Assembly: GCA_963674965.2 (NCBI GenBank)
Contig: CAXXFL010000003.1
Span: 256,001 to 320,000, forward strand
Reading direction: 5' to 3'
Origin: a bacterium
GTDB taxonomy: Bacteria; RBG-13-61-14; DATKZS01
DNA: 64,000 nt
Below are positions 47,562 through 57,042 of this stretch, piece by piece. The notes below the pieces were generated by a model. The model made no database searches. It was not told where the DNA came from and saw only the letters and a list, made by a program, of their open reading frames with translations. Position numbers and translations under genes: made by a program. Each line of letters begins with the position of its first letter. Position 1 is the first letter of the stretch.

Positions 47562-50094
47562 TTTCGACTTCTCCCGCTTCGCTTATGTTACCCCCCGGGA
47601 GAGGAAGAGTAAAATAAAACTCGCTTCCCCGTCCCGGCTCCGACTTGACTCCGACCTCCCCGCCGTGGCGCTCGACGATTTGGCGGACCAGGGCCAGGCC
47701 CAGACCGCTGCCCTGCTCCTTATCCCGCATCAGCTTGTCGCCCTGCTGGAACTTGTCGAAAAGCCTCTCTCGCAGTTCCTCGGCCACGCCCGGCCCGGTG
47801 TCCGCCACCGTTACCCGGGCAAGGGGACGGTCGCCGCGCTCGAGGGCCAGGCTCACGGTGACCTCTCCTCCCGGGGGCGTGAACTTCATGGCGTTGGACA
47901 GGAGGTTGACCAGGACCTGGTCGAGACGGTCCCGGTCGCCGATCACCACGGCGTCCTCCTCCGCCGTCTCCCGGCGAAGGGCGACGTCCTTTTCCCGCGC
48001 CAGCGCTCGAAAGGCCTCTCGGGCGTCGCGTATGACGGCCTTCAGGTCCACCGGGTCCGAGGCCATGGTCATCTTGCCCGCCTCGAGGCGCTGGATGTCA
48101 AGCAGGTTGTTGATCAGCCTGGTGAGGCGCTTGCTCTGCTTGATAATGACGTCGAGATACTTGGCCTGCTCCTCCTTGCCCAGGTCGTCCAGGCCGCTCC
48201 TGATTATCTGGGCGTAGGCCACGATGCCGGTCATGGGGGTCCTCAGGTCGTGGCTGACCATGGAAAGGAAGTTGTCCTTCATCTCGTCGAGCTTCTTGAG
48301 CTCGTGGTAGGAGGTCTCGATCTGAACCATCCTTTTGAGCTCCTCGACTTTTTTCGCGTTCTCGATCGAGACCGCCGTCTGCGTCATCAGGGCCTCGAGT
48401 ATCTCCTCGTCCCCGCTCGAGTACCAGGCCCCCGTCATCTTGGGACCCAGGCCGAGAATGCCGATCAGCTCCTCCTGGAAAAGCACGGGAATCACCGCCA
48501 CGATCTCGAGCTCGTGCATAAGCCTGAGCATGGGAAGGCGGTCCGGATCGCTCTCGGGCATTTCCTCGATATCGTTCATCTGGATGGCCCTGCCCTCGAT
48601 TTCCAGCCGCCTGAAGAGAGGGTGCTCGATTCCCTCGATCTCGTAGTCCAGGGAACGGTAATAGGTGGGGTCGGGATCGTCGGGAACGCCGCCCGACCTG
48701 TCGCGAAGGGCGTAAAGCTTGAACTGGCCGCCTTCCCGCTCGCGCAGCAGGATAAAGCCCCTCGCTATCTTGATGGCGTCCATGACCGTGTCCAGCATCT
48801 TGCCCAGAAGCTCGTCAAGCTCGATGTAGGAGCCCAGGATTTTTCCCGCCTCGCTTATCGCCCTCTGGTACTCGTACTTGTCGCGGAAAAACCTGCGCTC
48901 GATGGCCAGGTCCACGTGGTCCCGGAGGGGACGGAAGACCACCACCATGATGAAGATGGTGCCGAGGGCCGCTATCTCCGAGCTGAAGCCGGAAATGTCC
49001 CGGAGGGCCAGGCTGAACCCGCTTATAAGCAGAAGGGAGATAAACATGACCAGGGCCGACACCGCGAGATAACTCGAGCTTCGAACGATGAAGACGTCCG
49101 CGTCGAAAAGGTTGTGCTTGACTATGGCGTAGGCCATGCTGAGGGGAAAGAAGGTGAGGGGAATAAAGGCCCAATAGATGGTGATGACGCGCAGGAAGTT
49201 GGTGCCCACGAGCACCGCCGCCACCCCGGTAAATGACACGCCTATCGAGAAAAGCACCACCTTGGCCCTCTGCCTGACCACCGGGTCGTCGGTGGCCATG
49301 AAGTCCCGGACGATTATGGCGATGGCCGTCACGCAGCACAGTAAATTGTTTATCACCATCAGGGTGTCGAAGACGATGAAGACGCGCGGGACCCGGAAAA
49401 ATATGGCGTTCAGCGCCAGTATGGCGGCGGTGATGGACCAGGCGATCAGGGCGATGGTTTTGAGACGCCCGTGTTTTCTGGGGAAATAAAGGCCGAAAAG
49501 GAGAAGGGAAGGGCCGGACATGATCACGGTGAACATTGGCAGCATGAAAACGTGCGTCACGCAGTACTCGGGGTTGGCCGCAAGCGTAAGCCCCGCCAGG
49601 GTGCAAAAGAAAAGGAAGGCCCGGGAGGACGCAAGGTCGGGCTTCATTAAAAAGACCGCGACTCCGAGGCCGAAAAACACCAGGCCGAAAAATATGAAAA
49701 AGGGAAAAATAAGGACGTAATACCTCAAGGTGAAAAGGGAGACGGGTATGGTCAGCTCGATTTTCTCCCCTCCCCGCAGGATCGAATAGGTCACCTCCTG
49801 GCCCGGGCGTTTTCCAGCGATCTCCTCGTTAAGATCGACCCCCTTGCCGACGCGAACGCCGTCAACCGCCACGATCGCGTCGCCGAACTTGATCCCCCTT
49901 TGGAAACCATCCCACTCGGGAAGCCAGATTATGGAAACCACGTTGTTGGGCAGAACCGTGAAGCCGGGGAAGGGCTTGCCCACGGCGCCGTATCCCATAA
50001 CCAGGCCGAAAACGGAAACGGCCAGAAGCAAAAGGGTCAGAACGCCAGAGATAATATATCTGACCGGCCTCGTTATTAGTCCGTCGCGCGCCAT
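47536..50094 (-). CDS. Membrane sensor histidine kinase with PDZ, multi-TM and GAF domains
   Basis: GIKFGDAIVAVDG (PDZ), TM block ending YAIVKHNLFD, GAF domain, SHDLRTPMT, NAMKFT, GSGLGL. Start placed at ATG 50094. Confidence 0.9.
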   Translation of the reverse strand: MARDGLITRPVRYIISGVLTLLLLAVSVFGLVMGYGAVGKPFPGFTVLPNNVVSIIWLPEWDGFQRGIKFGDAIVAVDGVRVGKGVDLNEEIAGKRPGQEVTYSILRGGEKIELTIPVSLFTLRYYVLIFPFFIFFGLVFFGLGVAVFLMKPDLASSRAFLFFCTLAGLTLAANPEYCVTHVFMLPMFTVIMSGPSLLLFGLYFPRKHGRLKTIALIAWSITAAILALNAIFFRVPRVFIVFDTLMVINNLLCCVTAIAIIVRDFMATDDPVVRQRAKVVLFSIGVSFTGVAAVLVGTNFLRVITIYWAFIPLTFFPLSMAYAIVKHNLFDADVFIVRSSSYLAVSALVMFISLLLISGFSLALRDISGFSSEIAALGTIFIMVVVFRPLRDHVDLAIERRFFRDKYEYQRAISEAGKILGSYIELDELLGKMLDTVMDAIKIARGFILLREREGGQFKLYALRDRSGGVPDDPDPTYYRSLDYEIEGIEHPLFRRLEIEGRAIQMNDIEEMPESDPDRLPMLRLMHELEIVAVIPVLFQEELIGILGLGPKMTGAWYSSGDEEILEALMTQTAVSIENAKKVEELKRMVQIETSYHELKKLDEMKDNFLSMVSHDLRTPMTGIVAYAQIIRSGLDDLGKEEQAKYLDVIIKQSKRLTRLINNLLDIQRLEAGKMTMASDPVDLKAVIRDAREAFRALAREKDVALRRETAEEDAVVIGDRDRLDQVLVNLLSNAMKFTPPGGEVTVSLALERGDRPLARVTVADTGPGVAEELRERLFDKFQQGDKLMRDKEQGSGLGLALVRQIVERHGGEVGVKSEPGRGSEFYFTLPLPGGNISEAGEVENVEENIGG

Positions 50095-50300
50095 GAAAGT
50101 AATTTGAAGGGGCCCTGGCCTCGGGCCTTTATATCTCGAGCGAGAACTAAAGGCCCGTCCCACCTAAGGACCGCGTCGCTCCTCTTTTTTCAGTTTAATT
50201 TAGCCTGTGCCAATGGTCCCGGGACCTCAGGGTCTTCTGACCGTAAAGCGGCCGATGGGCTATTATGCCAAATCGCCGGGCGAAAAACCATTTGCGGCCA

Positions 50301-53300
50301 TCATCTTTTTTTGTCGTCCCGGACCGGCACGAGTTTATTCAACCTGGTGAAATAGATACCCGTCTCCTTGACCTTTTCGCCCAGGCACGCCTCGAGGCTT
50401 TCCTTGTACAGCTCGACTTGAGGCGCGTATCTTTTCGCCTCCCTCTTCGCCGCGGCCTCGGTCACGGCGTCGGTCTTATAATCGATCACCACCCAGCCGT
50501 CCTCTTCCCGGAAGGCCAGATCGATTACGCCTTTTATCAATAGCGGCTTGGACGAGTCCTTGGCCACCGCTCGCTGGAAAGGTACCTCGGTTAAGACGAC
50601 TTTCGCCCGGGCGGCCCGCCGCCAGACGTCCGAGGCCATGACCGAGGAGACGACGCCCAGGGCCTCGCTCGCGAGCGACGGGTCCAGGTCGTTATCCTGG
50701 AGAATGGCCTCGGCGTAAGAGCAAAGGTCGGCGCCGGGTTTTCGCGCCGCCAGATGAAGGAGCTGGTGGATGACCGATCCCCACTCCGGGCCGCTTTCCC
50801 CGGCGCGGCTTTCGGAAAAGGGCGTCGGCTGGCCCGACGTCCCGGTCCCGGTATCGGCGGGTCGGACCTTGGCCGCCGCCCCGTGAGCCTCGGCCGAGGA
50901 CAAGGCGTAATCCTTGGCGCCCCGGGAATCGATACTCGGCTCCCTCGAGGCGCGGTAACGCTCCGCCATGGCGCGCCCGGCCTCGGCCGCCTCCTCCGGG
51001 GACATGGCCGCGGCGTCCCTGGCCGTCGGCGGCTGGGCCTCGGGGTCGGATATCTCAGGCGCGTCCGCCAGGCGTTCCCCGAAAAAACGCCAGGGGTTGT
51101 GACCGTTATAACTTCCCTTTTGCGTAACGATAAGGGCCGAGCCCGCCCGGGTGGCGGCCACGTATCTAAGGCGAAGCTCCTCGGCCTTTAAAAAGCCCCG
51201 CTCCTTTTCCATCAGGTCCTTCCAGTCAGCGGAGTGCGCCAGGAGAGGGCCTTGTCCCCGGCCCTTACTCTCCCCGTACAGCGCCATGTAGCCTCGTGTA
51301 ACTCCCCCCGAGCGGTCAACGTGGAGGGTCACCGGATGATCGCCTCCACCAGAGGCGTCGGCCAGGAAGACGACGGGGGCCTCCAGTCCCTTGGCCTTGT
51401 GAAGGTTCATGATCCTGACGCGGGGCTCGAGGTCGGCCGTGGCCGGGATTCCGTCCTCTTTGGCCTCCCCCGAGGCGATCGAGCCCAGCAGATCGGCCAT
51501 CCCCGCGACGGACCGGGACCGCCCGTTCTCGAGGCGGGCCAGCTCGACGGCCTTGGCCAGCCCGCCCGCCGCCAAGTCTCCCGCGGGGCGGGCCGAGGCC
51601 AGGGCGAAAAGGCCCAAGTCCGAGGCGATCCTTTCCAACGCGGCCGCCGCGGGCATGGAGGCCAGCCATTCCGAGTAAGTCGAGAGCCTGGAAAAGGCCT
51701 CGATGATCGCTCGGCCCCCCTCTCCCTCGAGCCCTTCCGGAGGCGGCGCCTTGAAGTTGAATTCGCCGCCGCCCTTTTTGAACTCGTATAGCGCCGCGTC
51801 GCTCGCCCCGAAAAGCTCGCTCCTTAAGAGACCGACCAGGGCCGAGGGATCGTCCGGCCGGTTAAGGCAAAGAAGACACTTGTAAAGCAGTCCGATTTCC
51901 TCGATCTCGGCCAGTGACGACCCTCCGGTCACGCGGCAGGGTATTCCGTAGCCGGCCAGCCCGGCCTCGAAGGCGCTCAGGTTTGTCGTGTTGCGCGTGA
52001 TAATAAGGAAGTCAGAGGCGTTAACCCTGGACGAGGCGCCATGGGCCAACTCCTTTTCCGAGCGGGTCACGGTCAGCCCCTTGTCAAGGGCGTCCCTGAT
52101 GATCCTGGCTATCCGGCCGGTCTCGTACTCCAGGGCCGCCGCCTTATTGCCGCACCGGCTTTTGGGGATGGTGAGCTTGAAAGGCCCGGTCAGATCGCCG
52201 ATCTCTCCGTCGCCCCGTCCGACCTCGAGCCGAGAGTAGGCGGGCGACTCGTCCGATGGGGCGGACCTGAACCGGAGCATGTCGCCCTTTTCGCCGAAGG
52301 TCTCGCCGCCGTCCGGGCCGAAGACCTGGTTGACCCAGCCGATGACCGAGCCCGTGGTCCTGAAGTTGGCCGTCAGGTTTACCACCGTTCCGCCGCCGGC
52401 CTCGATGATTTTCTTGACCTCGTTATAGGTCATGACGTCGGCGCGCCGGAAGCGGTAGATCGACTGCTTGGGGTCTCCCACCACGAAGAGGGACCCCGGC
52501 CGGGGAACGCATTTGCGCCAGTCTTTCTCGACCTGGCTCGAGGCCGTGAGCAGCGTCATGACCTCGGCCTGGATGGGGTCCGTGTCCTGGAACTCGTCCA
52601 CCAAAAGGTGACTCCAGCGCCTGGCGAAGTAGCGCCTTACGTGAGGAAAGTCGCGAAGGAGGCGGGCCGAGATCATAAGAAGGTCCTGGAAGTTTAAAAG
52701 CCCCCGCGACCTCCTGGCCTCGTCGTAAATCTCCCGCGCCTTGATCAGGGCCGCGAGGGCGGCAGCGTACCGCTTCTCCCGCCACCTGGCCAGAAGGGGG
52801 GCCGCCGCCTCGTTCATCTCCATCCAGCGGGCCTTCTCCGCCTTGGCGTCGTCTCCGGTAAAGACCTTGGTTTTTATCCACTCCTTTTGCACGATGGAGG
52901 GATTGGACTCGAAGCAACACAAAACCTCGGCCGCGCAGGCCGGGTCGGACATGTCTCCCCTGTGCCTCACCAGAAGGGGAACGCTTTTATACTTCGGTAT
53001 CAGAGCGTCGTTTCCGCACTCGTCGGGAAGATGAGGGCGCGTCTCGAGCATGTGGTCCACGTAGCTTAGGACCTTTTTCGCCACGCCCGAGGAGATAAGA
53101 TCGACGTCCGCGGGCTCGGGCGCGGGCCATTCGTCCACGTCGGGAAAGTCGGCGAAGCGCCTGAAAGCGCCGGCCAGGTCTCCGGCCCCCAGTCCGGCTT
53201 CCCTTAGCTTCGCGGCCGTCTCCGCTTCCGCCCCGGCCGCGAGCCTGGCGGCGAACTCGTTCCAGGCCTCGTCCCGAAGCGCCGCGTCGGCCTCGTCGTC

Positions 53301-53708
53301 CATCTCCTGGAAGGCCAGGTCCACCCGCGCCTCGACCGGCCGCTCGCGGAGCAGTCTCGCGCAAAAGGAATGGATGGTGCCGATGAAGCACTTGTCCACG
53401 TCGGCCGCGGCCCTTGCCAGCCGGTCCCGCTCGGCCCCGTCCGCCTCGGCGGCTGCCCGCTCGAGGGCCACCCGGAACTTGGCCCGAAGCTCGGAGGCCG
53501 CCTTGCGGGTAAAGGTCACGGCCGCCATCTTGCCGACGGACGAGCATTTTCCCGAGCGGATCAGGGCCGTCATCCTGCCGATCATGCTCGTGGTTTTGCC
53601 CGCTCCGGCTCCGGCCTCGACCAGCATGCTTTGGCCCAGCTCGGTCAGTATAAGCTCCCGGGCCTCGTTGTCCGGCGGAAGGGAAGGGCGATGATCGGAT
53701 CGGCTCAT
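50301..53708 (-). CDS. addA: AddA-like UvrD helicase-nuclease
   Basis: EAGAGAGKT, TIHSFC, VDEFQDT, VGDPKQSIYRFR, HKAKGLE, YVAATRA and C-terminal GVIDL...IDYKT nuclease. Confidence 0.9.
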   Translation of the reverse strand: MSRSDHRPSLPPDNEARELILTELGQSMLVEAGAGAGKTTSMIGRMTALIRSGKCSSVGKMAAVTFTRKAASELRAKFRVALERAAAEADGAERDRLARAAADVDKCFIGTIHSFCARLLRERPVEARVDLAFQEMDDEADAALRDEAWNEFAARLAAGAEAETAAKLREAGLGAGDLAGAFRRFADFPDVDEWPAPEPADVDLISSGVAKKVLSYVDHMLETRPHLPDECGNDALIPKYKSVPLLVRHRGDMSDPACAAEVLCCFESNPSIVQKEWIKTKVFTGDDAKAEKARWMEMNEAAAPLLARWREKRYAAALAALIKAREIYDEARRSRGLLNFQDLLMISARLLRDFPHVRRYFARRWSHLLVDEFQDTDPIQAEVMTLLTASSQVEKDWRKCVPRPGSLFVVGDPKQSIYRFRRADVMTYNEVKKIIEAGGGTVVNLTANFRTTGSVIGWVNQVFGPDGGETFGEKGDMLRFRSAPSDESPAYSRLEVGRGDGEIGDLTGPFKLTIPKSRCGNKAAALEYETGRIARIIRDALDKGLTVTRSEKELAHGASSRVNASDFLIITRNTTNLSAFEAGLAGYGIPCRVTGGSSLAEIEEIGLLYKCLLCLNRPDDPSALVGLLRSELFGASDAALYEFKKGGGEFNFKAPPPEGLEGEGGRAIIEAFSRLSTYSEWLASMPAAAALERIASDLGLFALASARPAGDLAAGGLAKAVELARLENGRSRSVAGMADLLGSIASGEAKEDGIPATADLEPRVRIMNLHKAKGLEAPVVFLADASGGGDHPVTLHVDRSGGVTRGYMALYGESKGRGQGPLLAHSADWKDLMEKERGFLKAEELRLRYVAATRAGSALIVTQKGSYNGHNPWRFFGERLADAPEISDPEAQPPTARDAAAMSPEEAAEAGRAMAERYRASREPSIDSRGAKDYALSSAEAHGAAAKVRPADTGTGTSGQPTPFSESRAGESGPEWGSVIHQLLHLAARKPGADLCSYAEAILQDNDLDPSLASEALGVVSSVMASDVWRRAARAKVVLTEVPFQRAVAKDSSKPLLIKGVIDLAFREEDGWVVIDYKTDAVTEAAAKREAKRYAPQVELYKESLEACLGEKVKETGIYFTRLNKLVPVRDDKKR

Positions 53709-56700
53709 CTCTTGCCCTCCTCTTTGGCTCGAAGGCGGGCGAAGGCCGCAAGGCGCGGGTCGGAGGCCATCTTGGCGAGGACCGAGCGGGCCCGTTCCTC
53801 CATCTCCGCCTCCGGCCCGAAGGCCGCGCCGTAGTCGGTGAATTTCACGTCGTCCACCTCGCTGGTAAAGGGGAAAGTTCCCGAGGCTATCATCGAGCAG
53901 AGGTCCTCGATGATTTCCCGGCCCCGGAGGAGGTCCTCGGCCTTCCAGCCAAGGCGCTCGCCGTATCCTTTCGGGCCCGTGAACAAATAGGAAAAGCCGT
54001 CGGCCTCGGCGCCGGGAAAAGTCTCGTCAAGTCGCGCCTGGAGCATGGCCAGGTACAGGGCCCCCTGGAGGGACCGCCCGCAATTGAAAGGCGGAGCGAT
54101 CTTGAACTTGTAGGGTGACCCGGTTTTGTAATCGACCACCGAGTAGCCGGCCCCTATCGAGCCGAGGTCGGAGTCGACCCGGTCTATCCGTCCCCTGACC
54201 CGGACGCGCCCGCCCGAGGGCAGCTCGATCTCGACGGGAGACCTCGAGTCGAGGGGGGTCCCGTCCCCCACCGGAGGAAGCCCGATCGAGGCCTCGAGGA
54301 AACAGGGACGAGAAGAGCGGCGGCACTCCTCCTCCTCGGCGGCGAATATTCCCGCGGCCAGGTGAAGCTCGGCCCGGTCGCGCTCGAGGGCCTCGGGGTT
54401 GGGAGGAGGGTTGTCGGCCTTCTCGAGCTCGATCAGCTCGTCCACCACGCGTATAAGCTCGGGCAGGTCCCTTTCCTTTCGGGGCGAGAGTCCGTTTTTC
54501 TCGAGGCGGTCCACGAACCTGCGAAAGGCCTCGTGAAGAAGTCCTCCCTTTTCTCCGGCGTCCAGCCAGGAAAAGGGATCGGGCTCGTAGTCCTCGGGCA
54601 AGGATATCTCGAGCGCGTAGCGGAAAAAAAATTCCATCGGGCACCTGGCCAGAAGCTCGAGCCCGCTCGAGGACAGCGTCATGCCCCCGGGAAGGAAGGG
54701 ATCGAGGTCCACGCCGGCGGCTTCCACGCGGCCGTCGTACTCGGTGAAGGCGCTCGAGCGCCGGGCCTCCCTCGCGAGTTTGCCCCGCCCCAGGTTGGGA
54801 AAACAAAGCGCCGCTATCTCCTCGGCGTTCGAGGGCTTGTTCTTCCCGGCCAGCCTCCACGTCCACCACTCGTGGGCCAGGGCGGCCCCCTCCCCCGAGG
54901 AGGCGGAAAAGGACTCGGGCGGGCCAAGCCAGGCCGCCATGTCCTCGAGGGCACCGTCCCGGCGGCCCGATAAAATCCTGTAGGCGTTGATGAGGAAAAG
55001 ACCGGGAAAGTTATCCCGCCCATCCTCCACCGACGAGCTCGGGTAGCTGAGGCAAACCTTACCCCTCGAGCGGCATAAAAGCCGGACCAGGTCCTCGGCC
55101 CCCCGTCTAACGCGGCCGGCCGCGGTGGGTAGGGCCGAGCTTAAGTTGCCCCTCTCCTCGTCGAGGATGATGGGGTCCTGGAGGCCCGCGCCGGGAAAGC
55201 GGCCCTCATCGAGCCCGATGACGAAGAGGCAGGGCCGGCCCGAGTGGCCCCCGCCCCGAAGAGACGACACGTGGACCCGGCCGGGACGAGGTCCAAGGCC
55301 CTCGGCGCTCATGCCATCGGGAAGCTCCTCGATCCAGCTCAAGGCGTCGAAGCCAGGAACGTCGCCCTCCTCCAGGACCTCGGCCATCTCCCGGAGGCGC
55401 CTTTGCATGGCGTGGAGAACGTACTCGTCCAGCCTGTTGGCCGAGCGGGCCATGGCCTCGGCCATCTCGGCCGCCTTGGAAAGGATTCGGCCCTGCCCGT
55501 CGCCGGGACCGGGCGAGAAACCCATAAGCCGCTCGGCCAGGTCGGCCAGTCCCTTCAGCGCGGCCAGTCTTCTTTTAAGCGAATCGGAAGAAGGAGAGTC
55601 GTCCTCGAGGGCCCCGATCTTTCTCGAGCGCTTTATCCTGGCGGACAAGGCGTCGATCTCGCGCTCGATAATGGGCTGGTACGAGTCCCGCCCCAGTCCG
55701 ATGGGAAGGGGACGGAGGGCGGCGGCCAGGGCCGAGTAACCGGCCGAGCCGCTCTCGGCCGCCTCGGCGATCAGGAGTCCTTCCCCGATCATCCGGGCCA
55801 GGCTCGACTGCGGATACCCGTCCTTTATCCACCGGGCCCAGGCGGACAGCGCCCGGGCGGGGCGGGCGTACCTGGCGGGTATCCCCTCCGCGAAGGTGGC
55901 GGGTATCTCGCCGGACTCGCCGGCGGCCAGGAGGGAGGCCGTCTCGAACAGGCGGGGAACGTAGGCGCCGTAGTCGGTGTGCACGATCTCGACCTGGTCG
56001 AAGGGCACGCCCTCGGCAAGTACGCGGCGGAACACGGCCCGGACCTCGTTGGTCTCTCCCGCGGCGCTGAAGATGGAGGCCGAGCCGTCGCCCCTGGCCG
56101 CGGGCGCCCTCGAGGGCTCGCCTATCCATGAGAGGAGAGAGGCGTCGGAGCCGGCGTCGGGCCTGGCCGAGCCGGGCCGGTCCACCGGGAGCGTGGCCCG
56201 GGTCCCCTGTGGAATCGACTGCCACAGCTTCTTCTCGAGGCCCGTCAGGCGCTCGGCGTCGTCGGCGGGCATGATGACGACGGCGCCCTCACCCAGGACG
56301 TCGTCCTCAACGCGGACCCGCTCCGAGGCCATGGCCAGGACGTCGGCGTAGTCGGCGAGCTTTTGGCGATCGAGCTCGGACTCGTACTCGGACAGGGCGT
56401 CCAGGACCTCGCGTCCTTTGTCCTGCACCTCGAAGGCCGCGGGGTTGAGTCGAAACGATCCCACCCCCGCCATCCTCAAGTCCAGGAGGGTTGAAAGGAG
56501 CGCCCCGTAAACGCCGGGACCGGGCTCGAGGCTGGCCAGGTAGTCGTGGCCCTTGTCCTGGAGGCGGGAGAATATTTCGGCCGCCAGCGCCTCCTGCCTG
56601 GCGCCGGCCAAATAGGACATGCCTTGCCGTCCTAGCTCGGCCGAGGCCAGCTCGAGGGCCAGGCCGGCCATGGTGGTCACTCGGGCGTTAAAGGCGGGCG

Positions 56701-56839
56701 CCCCGGCCAGGGTTGCCGCGTCGAGCCATTGTCTTCCCACCCTTCTGGTGGGGGCCAGGATTATCTTAGGCTCCAGCCGCCTTTTCTGGAGGACTCGAGC
56801 GAGGGCGCCGGTCATTTCATTCAAAACGGTTGAGGTCAC
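53705..56839 (-). CDS. addB: AddB-like inactivated helicase with PD-(D/E)XK nuclease
   Basis: LSSSGLELLARCP, RGRIDRVD, VDYKTG, LQGALY; overlaps the addA start. Confidence 0.85.
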   Translation of the reverse strand: MTSTVLNEMTGALARVLQKRRLEPKIILAPTRRVGRQWLDAATLAGAPAFNARVTTMAGLALELASAELGRQGMSYLAGARQEALAAEIFSRLQDKGHDYLASLEPGPGVYGALLSTLLDLRMAGVGSFRLNPAAFEVQDKGREVLDALSEYESELDRQKLADYADVLAMASERVRVEDDVLGEGAVVIMPADDAERLTGLEKKLWQSIPQGTRATLPVDRPGSARPDAGSDASLLSWIGEPSRAPAARGDGSASIFSAAGETNEVRAVFRRVLAEGVPFDQVEIVHTDYGAYVPRLFETASLLAAGESGEIPATFAEGIPARYARPARALSAWARWIKDGYPQSSLARMIGEGLLIAEAAESGSAGYSALAAALRPLPIGLGRDSYQPIIEREIDALSARIKRSRKIGALEDDSPSSDSLKRRLAALKGLADLAERLMGFSPGPGDGQGRILSKAAEMAEAMARSANRLDEYVLHAMQRRLREMAEVLEEGDVPGFDALSWIEELPDGMSAEGLGPRPGRVHVSSLRGGGHSGRPCLFVIGLDEGRFPGAGLQDPIILDEERGNLSSALPTAAGRVRRGAEDLVRLLCRSRGKVCLSYPSSSVEDGRDNFPGLFLINAYRILSGRRDGALEDMAAWLGPPESFSASSGEGAALAHEWWTWRLAGKNKPSNAEEIAALCFPNLGRGKLAREARRSSAFTEYDGRVEAAGVDLDPFLPGGMTLSSSGLELLARCPMEFFFRYALEISLPEDYEPDPFSWLDAGEKGGLLHEAFRRFVDRLEKNGLSPRKERDLPELIRVVDELIELEKADNPPPNPEALERDRAELHLAAGIFAAEEEECRRSSRPCFLEASIGLPPVGDGTPLDSRSPVEIELPSGGRVRVRGRIDRVDSDLGSIGAGYSVVDYKTGSPYKFKIAPPFNCGRSLQGALYLAMLQARLDETFPGAEADGFSYLFTGPKGYGERLGWKAEDLLRGREIIEDLCSMIASGTFPFTSEVDDVKFTDYGAAFGPEAEMEERARSVLAKMASDPRLAAFARLRAKEEGKR

Positions 56840-57042
56840 TTGGCTTTTTTCTCCCTTTGATCGATATGCGTCGTCCCGGGCGTATTTTCGCCCAATCCGT
56901 GATTAATTTCCAGCCGGAGGGGGCGGGAGGCCCCGGCGCGGGAGGGCCGGCCAATTTTTCGATGGACAACGGCGCAAGGTTTGGTTATGATAGACGCCGT
57001 GCCGATCGGCCGTTTTGGTATCCGTTCAAGGAGGAGCGCGAA

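Noticed and set aside
50301-56839. Novel helicase-nuclease defence system
   Set aside because: Domain order, sizes and gene overlap fit a housekeeping AddAB pair, and the genes carry the host CTCGAG signature.
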